From NCBI GenBank assembly GCA_002269645.1, contig NIVC01002567.1, positions 1-64,000 on the forward strand: DNA of 64,000 nt, given 5' to 3'. Every line of letters starts with the position of its first letter. Positions within the stretch are counted from its first letter, which is position 1. Shown piece after piece: positions 35,291 through 46,900 of the stretch. The notes under the pieces are model-generated. The model saw only the letters and a list, made by a program, of their open reading frames with translations. It did no database searches and had not been told where the DNA came from. Both the position numbers and the translations under genes were made by a program. The DNA is from Macrostomum lignano. Its lineage: Eukaryota.

Positions 35291-38200
35291 TATCTGATAT
35301 AGACAATGCTTGTCTTCCCATTGTGTCTTTGGACTACCTTTTAGCTAAGACAAATAAGTCAAAGGGAGGCAGCAACTCTACCTCCTATCTTTTGTTCTAA
35401 TTATAGGCATAACTTTTGAATGACTTGACATTTTTATTCCATTTAAAAAGCAAAACAACCGTTGGATTTTTTTCTACTTATGACACAAGTTGCATCAAAT
35501 TTGAATATCACAATCAGCCTCTGTACTGGTTTTTCGGCTATTTCTGGGACAACCCTTGTAGACAGAAACTGACACCCAAGACTAAGTAAAAAACTAAATT
35601 CCTAGGTAACTAATAGCACTAAATAGCATGGATAAACTCCAAATTTTTGGATTGCAAAAGGATATATCAAGTCATTTGTTATAACTATAACAAAGTATCT
35701 TCCAAATAGATATATGTTAAACTATCCTTTGTTTATATATAGATCTCATTGCCTATAGCCATCTATGTTAATGGCAGAATAGAATAGTGACTTACTAACT
35801 TCATTACCAACCTAAGTAGATTTTGATACACTTGTCCTAGAAGCCTATACTAAGGGACACAATATAAACAAACATAAATTTACTTGTAAAGTCAAATGCA
35901 ATAATGTAATGCACTAGGCCTATGTTTTCAATAAAAAAGAATAACATATTTTGAATATATTATCTATATTATGATTTTTGTATAGCAATGTTAGTTAGGC
36001 ATTCTAATAATGATATATTCAATGCTACTTCTTTTAATTTTGTTTTACTATATGCCACAAAATATATTGATTGTTGCAGTTAGGACCTAATAGCTGCTAG
36101 TTTTTATACAATTTTTTATTAGATCTAAATTGTTTAAATAAGTATTTATTACAATAATAATATTGTACAAAACTATTATTGAGCTTTTTAATTACTTTTT
36201 TTGAATTAAACTAAAGAAGAAATATAAGGTGGCCTATGTAACAGCCTGATTTAAAATAAAATGTTAATCACTTTTGTCATTTGCAACCAGTATTGACAAA
36301 ATTGTAACATAACATTGCCATAAATATATCATTTTATTTGCAAAATTTATGCACAAAAGCACTCATACATATGCACACATAAAGCAAGATGAAAAGTGGC
36401 ATGCCTATAGGGCCTAGCTAAAAGAGCCAAATATAGGTTGACGGTCATTTCGTCTGCCGCCTTTTCGTCTGCCGCCTTTTTGTCTGCCGCCTTTTCGTCT
36501 GCCAATATACGATATAGTCATTTCGTCTGCCAATATATATAATATATAAATCGGAATAACTAATTATGTCATCAAGCTTCGCATGGAAGTGTAATGTAAA
36601 TGTCTTATTAATTATAATTTATTATAATGCTAGGATTTTTCTGAAAGTTCCAGAGCTAATATGTTGCAATTAAATACACAAAGCCAGAAGCAAATATCTC
36701 CAACCGTTTAGTTTCCTTCCAACTTTATTTTTTTCGTGTATGTAAACTCATGCAATTTATTCACGAATATAAGATATATAAGAGACAAAATTATAATATA
36801 ACATTGCCATAAGTATAGCATTATATTTGCAAAATTTATGCACAAAAACACTCATACACATGCATATACAAAGCAAGGTAAAAAGTGGCATGCCTGCAGC
36901 TTGTATAATATATACAAGTGGAGGTTCAAAGTCAAATGTTAAAAAAGCTAGCTATATATATATATGTGTGTATGTATATGAGTGCTTGCGTGTGTAAATT
37001 TTGCATGTGTAAATAATAGTATTAATGATTCTTATGGCAACAGCAACATTGTATTAAAATTTTGTCAATATTCTAAATGTTCTAAATTTATAAATTATCT
37101 TCAAAATATCTTGTCGTTGTCACAGAAATGTCCAGAGACATTGTATGAGTATAATGATTAATGTGGCATCTAAAAAAGGTTCAAATCAAAGGCCTATACT
37201 TAGCTATTAGCATTTATCACTCTAGGCCTAAACTAGGCCCTATACCTATAGTTAAGCCTAGGCTGTAGGGGCTTATAGTAGGCCTAATAAGCCCCCCTAT
37301 CCAATTATACTAAAACTAAATCTCTATAAAGCCTTAACTAAAACTAGGCTATTACTAAAAAGTAAAACTTCAAAGTTTTATTGTTAAAATAAAATAAAAT
37401 ACTAGGGCCTAGCACTTTTTGGCTTTAATTTAATCATTAACATAAAACTTGTAATTTCTGTCTGAAATTCTGAATTACAAGTAGCAGTTAGCTTAATTTT
37501 ATTAATACAATAGGTCTGTATAATATTGATATTTTATTAAGGCGGTACCAGAACCTGTTCAGTGTCTCTGTTTAGCATCTGCAACTATTCAGTCTTGGAC
37601 TATTGAAGTATTGGCCATAAATAAAATAAAATTACACTTACGCAGCTTTAAAAGTCTAGGCTAGGGCCTAGTCTCATTTTGAAGCGTACCAAAGTGCAGA
37701 CAAAATTTAGCATTATTTTAAACCATAAAGGTAGGCTAACCTGCGTAGAGTTATTTGGTTCAAAGCGAAGCGATAAAGCGCAAATTTTTAACTTAACATT
37801 GCTTTCTAAAATTTGTTATACTATGTTAAAGGCTGCAGGGGACTTTTTTAAAAATTATTTTCATGCGTAAAGATTAAGAAATTTTTTTTCGATAGAGATC
37901 AGCATGATGATGCTGCAATAATTGATAAGTAGCAGAATTTTGAAATATGTTCATTCTTTGAAGGGTTCCAACTTCGTTTTTAAATCATTATTTAGTAGTC
38001 CTATCTATCGACGTTAGTCTGTTTTAAAAAACAAGAACATTCAGGTCAGGGATTCAAATAGGCCTATGACCTCTATAAATGATATGAGATTTGAGATATA
38101 ACATATAGTTAGAATTAGATACTATTTACTAGAAAAATACTGAGTAGGCCTAAATACACCCTAAAGTTTATAATTAAAGTCTAGTGTGCATAAAAATTGT

Positions 38201-40936
38201 GTATATTTTCCCATACTTTTGTTTGATATTAAGGCCTAATTGCTTATGCTATCATAATTAATTCATTAGGCCTAGCCGCCTAATGCTAGATATTATGTCA
38301 CTGCACTTCATTATAACTATGATTATGACCATATCTTAGACTTAGTTAAATATTCAACTTTAGTTATTTAGACTAGAGCCTAGCAATCAATGCCCCTATT
38401 ACTAGAGAAGCAACAAAGAATAGGCCCCCTAGAAAAAATGTCATGTAGCTTCTGACCTCTTAGGGGCCTAGTCTTAGCCTTGTCCATATATGCCTAATAC
38501 CCATCTAACTTGTCCAAACTGGATAGGTGAAATGGCCACTAGCCAAGGTAAGTTGCAAAATCAAAAATGCAAAAAACAAAAAATTGGGGGAAGAAAGAAA
38601 GGAGAGGAAGAGAAAAGGAAAAGAAAAAAAGGAAGAAAAGAAAGAGGAGAAAGAAAAAGCAAAAAAGTCATATATAAAATGAAAATTAAGTTGCAATTGG
38701 GAGAACTAAATTGTAATCAAGAGAAACTAAGTTGCAATCCAATTGGGAGAAACTAAGTTGCACCTAAGATGGGTAAAATTTTGAGGTTGGGAATGTAGGC
38801 CCTATAGCTTTGTCCCTTGATATCTCAAAGTATTTCTAATATCAAAACTCTATAAGTCCCCCTATTATTATCAAGCAGATGCTGGCACATTTAATAAAGA
38901 AATTTAATAGGCCTACATTTTCTTTTATGTATCTAGTATTAGTAAAAATAAAAAGAAGTTTCTAGAACTTTAGAATTTTCTAATAATATTGTCTTTTTAT
39001 AATACTATAAATAAATGTAGATCAAATATACAATCTCCTTATGTTTTCTATCTAATACTGTGTAATAGATCTGGTATTCTAAACCAAAGAACTATCACCT
39101 AGCTTTTCATTTATATTAAGCTTTATAGACCTATTACAAGGCTTAATATTCAATACCAATCAATAGTAAAATAGATATTAAATAAAAGCAAAGTTTAGGC
39201 CTATCTTTACAGTACTGTAGGCCTATAAGAAAAGAAAATATTCTTAATATTTTAATATTTCTATAGTACTGTAGGAATAAACATTGCCAATTAAAAGCAA
39301 AGTTAAAAGCAAAAAAATAATAGTTTTATTTAAAAGTAAGGTTTATATAAATATTTTCTTATTAAAAATTATATTTTTTAGGAGTTCTACCAAAATTTTC
39401 CTATATTTAGGCTATACTATATTTGTTGCCATATCTAAATTTTTCCTATAGCCTTGGCCTATTTATATATATATATAATATTGACCTAGCTTAGGGGTGC
39501 CAATTCCCTAAAAAAATTGTGCCTTGGATACCAAAAGATTTTTTTGCTAAAACCCCAGGGTCCCTAGGCTCCTTAGTGAAGAATATATATACAAAAACAT
39601 TTTTACTTCTTAGGTCCCTACTCTTTAATCTTTCTCTCTTATCTCTCTCTTGTCCTCACCTTTTCTTTCTTCATCTTTCTTCTTTTTTTCTTCTCCTCTT
39701 CTGGACCTGCAATCATATGCTAGGTTCTCTATCTCTATCTGGTCCTAAGGTAAAAAATAGTCTATCTAACCTTTAATATATATGTTTTAAATGTATATTT
39801 TATTGTATAATTGCTATTATAATAATAGTATCATATAGAGTATAAAGTTCATTGGCAAAGAAAATGAACAAAGTAAAAACATTGCCAAATTAAATGCCAC
39901 CCAAATTGCAATAATTTAGACTGCCTACCTATGTGCCTACCTTCTTATCTATGATCTATTAGTCTGTTTGTTTACTGCACTAATAGCTGCTATTTAGATT
40001 ACAGTTTGTAGGCAACATAATTAGGGTTTCATAGAAATATAATAGTTTGATTAAAAAGCACCTAAAAGAAGTAAAAACAATCACTAAAAGTTTGTTTTGA
40101 TATGTTTAAGCAATAGATTACAGTAAGCTTTTAATGATATTTAATCCAATGATAATAGTTTTCTATTATTCATTAATAGATCATTTTTTAGAAGAAAATA
40201 GTTAGGACTATATTCATTTTAATATTAGGTCTTGCTACCTTAATTATGCAAAATCTTTTTTGCTTAAGTCTAATATCAGGGAGTTCCTTTCATAAAAGCT
40301 TTGAAACTAGTAAAATTAATTTATTTCTACTACTCTACCCCCTTATTATCTATTAAACCAAGGGCTCAAATGATCTTTTAAGTATCTATTATTGAGTGGC
40401 TAATATTATTAGATATATCCAGTTGATAAGAAAGTTCTTGCCATTTTCTCTTCATTTCAACAAACCAAGATTTCATGAGTAGCCTATAACAACAAAGTTA
40501 TTCAAGGAAGTAATTCAAACAAAGTTATTCAATAATTCAGTAATTCTGGAAAAAAAGTTCCAGAACATTCTGTAAAAAAGTTTCTGGAATTTTCTAGAAA
40601 CAGCAAGAACTTTCTTATCAACCTAATAAGAACTAGATATAGGGGAAATATGCATTCCTTTAACCATATATATGTTCTGCAAAGTATTTATATTAAAGTA
40701 TCTATACTTCCCATAGCTAATTATATAGCTATGGTAGGACTGTTTTAGTTAGTTCATTACTTAGTTACAATTTTATTTAAAATTTGCATGCCAACATATA
40801 TAGTGTAGGTCTATATACCCTATTGATTATAGTTAAAGCCATTGTTGTTTTATCAAAAGATTGATTTTTTAATATATGTAAATGATTATTACATTCATGC
40901 AACATAGAATATAGTCATTGGCAGATAAGTATAATA

Positions 40937-43900
40937 ATGATTCATGCACATGAAGATTGGTTCAACTTTGTAATCAATCCTGAAAATTTGGATTCCTTAT
41001 TAAATACTGGCTCAGCCTCTGATAAACAGCTTCTAAAGTATTTGCGACATTTTCTAGATCATTCAAGGCAATATGATGGCAAAGAACAAGTGAGTGCTAT
41101 AAAATTATTGTTTTATCAATGTATAAAATAATTTGTTATAGCCTAGTGGTTAGAGTGTTGGACTCACAACTTGAAGGCTGGGGGTTCAATTCCCAATCCT
41201 ACTGGAATAATTTGTGTCTTTGAGCAAGACATTTAACTCTGCATTGCTTCAGTTCACCCAGCTGTAAAATGGGTGCCAGCATTAGCTGGGATAATTGAGG
41301 GTGTGTGGCGACCCCCCAGTCCCTGGACTGAATAGCTATACACAGCCTTCAGATGTGCTGCCCAATTGGGCCCAATTGGGGCAGGTGTAATCAGTTATAT
41401 TATTATTATTATTATTATTATTATTAAAATAATAATAAAAACAAAAAATAGGACAAATTATATTAAGCAAGATGATTACATTATTGGATGTTTTATTAAT
41501 AAATTAAATTCTATATGCTGGTTCTATAATTAGGTTAGAAATTACAAGTAGATAGAAAAAATCAATGTAAAGTTGAGTGGACTATCATAAATTACTATAT
41601 GCTGGCTCTAAAATTAGGTTAAAAATTACAAGTAGATAGAAAAAATCAATGTAAAGTTGAGTGGACTATCATAAATTACTATATGCTGGCTCTATAATTA
41701 GGTTAAAAATTACAAGTAGATAGAAAAAATCAATGTAAAGTTGAGTGGACTATCATAAATTACTATATGCTGGCTCTATAATTAGGTTAAAAATTACAAG
41801 TAGATAGAAAAAATCAATGTAAAGTTGAGTGGACTATCATAAATACTGAATGGGTCAATGGGTTGACAATTTGTAGCATTGATGAATACATAATTATGAG
41901 AAGAACCAATAGATATTTTGTAAATAGTGATAATTTTGTTGACAATGTATCAAGTATGATTGGGAAGACAGTGCCACATGATTAGGTAGACAGTACCAAG
42001 TCTAATTGGCTAGACACTACCAAGTCTGATTAGGTAAACACTACTAAGTGTGTGATTGGGTAGACACTACTAAGTGTGGTTGGGTAGACACTAGCAAGTG
42101 TGGTTGGGTAGACACTACCAAGTGTGGTTGGGTAGACACTACTAAGTGTGGTTGGGTAGACACTAGCAAGTGTGGTTGGGTAGACACTACCAAGTGTGAT
42201 TGGGTAGACACTACCAAGACTGATTGGGTAGACACTACCAAGACTGATTGGGTAGACACTACCAAGACTGATTGGGTAGACACTACCAAGACTGATTGGG
42301 CAGACACTACCAAGACTGATTGGGCAGACACTACCAAGACTGATTGGGTAGACACTACCAAGACTGATTGGGCAGACACTACCAAGACTGATTGGGTAGA
42401 CACTACCAAGACTGATTGGGTAGACACTACCAAGACTGATTGGGTAGACACTACCAAGACTGATTGGGTAGACACTACCAAGACTGATTGGGTAGACACT
42501 ACCAAGACTGATTGGGCAGACACTAACAAGACTGATTGGGCAGACACTACCAAGACTGATTGGGTAGACACTACCAAGACTGATTGGGCAGACACTACCA
42601 AGACTGATTGGGTAGACACTACCAAGACTGATTGGGTAGACACTACCAAGACTGATTGGGTAGACGCTACCAAGACTGATTGGGCAGACACTACCAAGAC
42701 TGATTGGGCAGACACTACCAAGGCTGATTGGGTAGACACTACCAAGACTGATTGGGCAGACACTACCAAGACTGATTGGGTAGACACTACCAAGACTGAT
42801 TGGGTAGACACTACCAAGACTGATTGGGCAGACACTACCAAGACTGATTGGGCAGACACTACCAAGACTGATTGGGTAGACGCTACCAAGACTGATTGGG
42901 TAGATGCTAGCAAGTGTGATTGGGTAGACAGTACCAAGTCTGAGTGGGTAGACACTACCAAGACTGATTGGGTAGACGCTACCAAGACTGATTGGGTAGA
43001 CGCTACCAAGACTGATTGGGTAGATGCTAGCAAGTGTGATTGGGTAGACACTACCATGACTGATTGGGTAGACGCTACCAAGACTGATTGGGTAGACGCT
43101 AGCAAGTGTGATTGGGTAGACAGTACCAAGTCTGAGTGGGTAGACACTACCAAGACTGATTGGGTAGACGCTACCAAGACTGATTGGGTAGACACTGCCA
43201 AGACTGATTGGGTAGACGCTAGCAAGTGTGATTGGGTAGACACTACCATGACTGATTGGGTAGACACTAGCAAGTGTGATTGGGTAGACACTTCCAAGCC
43301 GGATTGGGTAGACATTACCAATACTGATTGGGTAGATAACCCAGCATCTCCCCAACCTACCAGGGCAGCGAGTCGCAGCAGTGGCGAGTCCTGCTCAGCC
43401 TCTCGGCCAAGATACTGGCCCAGCTGCACTATTGCCTGGGCAGAACCGCACGCAAATTGCCCATAGCACTGGCTCACCGCCTGTTCCTATGGCTGTGTGC
43501 CTGTGCCGGTCTCTCGGACCCCTACAGCCCGCCAGCGGACAGCGGGCTGCGGCCGTGCGCCCGCTGGCTGTACCAGCTGTACCACCGGTGGGCCCTGCGC
43601 TGTCTAGTTGAAGAGAACTACGTGAAGAAGCCGCTCCGCTCAATGGTGCAAGGCGTGGCTGGCATCACGGACAGGTCCACTGAGCTGCACTGCGCCCAGT
43701 CCCAGGAGATCGCTGGCCACCTCATGGCCAGAGTCGATCGCAGTCTCGAATGCCTAATTGGCGAATTAGATCAGCAACAGCGAGACGGAGACGGCTGCGT
43801 TGCCAGGCCGTTGCCAGCTGCTTTTCTGGTGCCGACCCTTGCGGAGCCGGAGATTGAGCCTGACTGGTCCGCTTGCGAGCCCGTGGACAACTCTTATTGG

Positions 43901-46900
43901 CGGTGCGCGTCTCGGCTTTGACTAGCTGGGTTGTTCTGGATTCTAGGCTTTAAAAGCTAGGGATCTAGATCCCCAATCTAGACATCCAGATCCCCAATTT
44001 AAGAATCCAGATTCCCAATCCAAGAATCCAGATCCCCAATCTAAACATCCAGATCCCCAATCTAAGAATCCAGATCCCCAATCTAAGAATCCAGATCCCC
44101 AATCTAAGAATCCAGATCCCTAATCTAAACATCCAGATCCCCAATCTAAGAATCCAGATCCCCAATCCAAAAATCCAGATCCCCAATCTAAGAATCCAAA
44201 TCCTATATAGTAGAATTCCCAAAGAAGCTAGCTAATGAGGTCATGCAACCCCGCATTCGCAGGTGCCTGGTGCACTTCGAGCTGGGCCAGTTCTACTTCA
44301 TGCAGCGCCGCTACTCGCAAGCATTCGATCATTTCGTGTCAGCCGGCCCGGCCGCATCCGACGAAGCAATGGCGAGTTTCAACGAGGACCCCTATAGCGC
44401 CGAGGACTCCGCCGAGGTGCCGCGTCAGCTGTTGGAGGCCTACCTGACTGCGATTCGGTACGCGCAAAATATAAATCTAATTTTTGTATTGTAATTTTAT
44501 AAAGTAAGATCTCTAGAATAAAAAGTGAGCCTAAGTAGAGCGAAACGCTCATCGAGCTGATCTCAAAGTCTGAAAATATACTTTGTTGCCAGGTAGGATA
44601 ATCCTGGGTCATTATCGATAACTGGATAGACGCAGACAGTATCAATACCCAATTGGGTTGGTACTTAGCTAGTAAATATAGGTATGGTACATGGTGATGA
44701 TAGGGTAGACATTGCCAAGTATGACTGAGATGAGCTCTCAGCTTCCATTGATATTTAGACCTACATTCAAACCATACACACGCAACCCTCTCTGATTTAC
44801 ACCGGCCGTGCGACTTGCTTTTTGACCAAAATTGCAACTTGCCTACGAAAGAAACAACCCATCATTGACGTAATTTTTGGGTAAACGGCAGGAGTAACAG
44901 TGACTGTGTTATCAAGGCTAAATACCTCGGCATCTAATTAGTACTACTGGTGGGGCATTTTTGGCCGGGTGTTTCGCATGTATGATTCAAACCAAAGTAC
45001 AGTATAAAGAGTAATTTTATTAAAAAAAGTTTGATGATTTTAGCCAATCACATGCAAAGCATCTATAAGGGTAAATTTTCGAGTCCAGATGACATCTGGC
45101 TACACCTGTCAATCATTGCCGATTGTTATTAATGTCTCACCTGTCTTTTTCTTCCTTTCCCAACCAATCAGCTCCGTCTCGCGTCTCCTGGAGGCTCGAC
45201 CGGCGCTGCTCCGCCAGCTGGACGCTTGCCAAGCTGCCGCCGGCGGCTCCTGCGACGGTCTGGGCCGCCTGCTGGTCGACGAAGAGCTGGCCGGGTTTAT
45301 TGGCCGGGGCGAGAGCTCGCCTGTGCCCGACTTCTACTGGGACCGCATGGCCGAAGGGGTCGAGAGCAGCGACGCTGTTAGCTCGGATGTCAAGTTCCAG
45401 GTGAGGGATGAAGGATCTGGGATTTGATTGGGATCTGGGATCGGATTGGGATTTGGGATCGGTTTGGGATCTGGGATCGGATTTGGATCTAGGATCTGCG
45501 ATCAGATTGGGATCTAGGATCGGTTTGGGATCTGGGATCGGATTGGGATCTGGGATAAGATTGGGATCTGGGATCGGATTGTGATCTGGGATCAGATTGG
45601 GATCTGGGATCAGATGGGGATCTGGGATCAGATTGGGATCTGGGATCGGATTGTGATCTGGGATCAGATTGGGATCTGGGATCAGATGGGGATCTGGGAT
45701 CAGATTGGGATCTGGGATCGGATTGGGATCTGGGATCGGATTGTGATCTGGGATCAGATTGGGATCTGGGATCGTAGTAGATTGTCATATAGGATTTGAA
45801 GTCCAATAAGTTACACGGGAATCTGTAAATGATAAAAATGGTAATAATTCATTTCTTGCCGGGGTCATCAAATTATAACTCCTTCCTACCAAGGTTCGCA
45901 CCTGTCGCCTGGTTCGCCAAGCGGCCACCCAGGCTGTCAGTGGAGAGGCCGCCGCCGCCTCCTGCGGCTCCATGCTGCTGGACTATCACCGCTTGCTGGC
46001 TGCCCACGGCGGTCGCGGCCTTCGCTTTCTCCTGAACGCGGCCACCGCCGCAGCGGTTGGCCCAAACCGGAGCTCCTGCGGCGGCCCAGGCGTCGACAAA
46101 CGCCGGCAGTCGCTGCGCCGTTTGTTGCGCCACGTGTTGCGCCGTTTGAAGCCCGCGCCAGCTGCGGCCGACTTGGCCGGCTGGCCCTGGCCCGAGGACA
46201 ACCTGCTGCAGGAGGAGCGGCAGCGGCTCCTCGGCGAACATCCCGACGCTGGTGCCGGGTGCGACGACGCAGACTTGGACTGCGGACTCGACACCGACGA
46301 CGATGCTGAAGATGCCGACGATGCCGGGCCGCCGGCTGCCGACGACGAGGCCAAGGCGTTCCACCAGGAGGTGGAGGCGGCGACTCCCGGAGAGTCGGCT
46401 GACGACCTCCGCCTGCTGTACACCTACCAGCCTGCCGAGGTGGCCAGCCTGGTGGAGCGCCTTTGCCGTCAGCACAGCTGGAGCCCGCAGTCCGTGGCCG
46501 GGCTGTGCCAGGCCTGGCTGCCGCCCACCTCCCGGCAGCAGCAGGCGGTGCAGCCTCTTCTGCATCAGCCTCATCATCAGCGCCAGCAGCAGCTTCTGGC
46601 GCCGGTCAACACGACGACAGCAGCAACTGCCGCGGTGCTGGCAGGGAAAGCTTCCGTTCTGCAGCGAACCGAGGAGTTCCAGCTGGCCAGACGGTTGCTG
46701 GCCTCCCAATCCCAGCAGCAGAAGCAGCAACAGCAGTATCAGCTCTCGTTGCTGCTTTTAGACGCGACCAGTTGCTTAGCAACGGGCCTGCCCCGTCCCG
46801 CCGACCTGGCCCCGGCTGTTGAATCCGCGCTCCGCCAGATGCAGGAAGGTGGCGGCGGCAGCTCCGGCGGCTTCTCGGAGGATCTGGCGGTGCTGGGCAG

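Noticed and set aside
38280-41044. Fungal-style RIP as the cause of the TpA excess
   Set aside because: Cannot be separated from CpG deamination plus AT drift without unmutated reference copies; kept only as a caveat in the CpG finding.
42030-43477. Three 440-480 aa ORFs with TDWVDTTK-like repeats
   Set aside because: 24-mer minisatellite in INTS8 intron 1; no unique flanking coding signal.
45873-46730. 285 aa antisense ORF over INTS8 exon 5, and similar antisense ORFs over myosin, KRI1 and Gypsy
   Set aside because: Shadow ORFs expected from GC-rich codon usage; no recognisable motifs.
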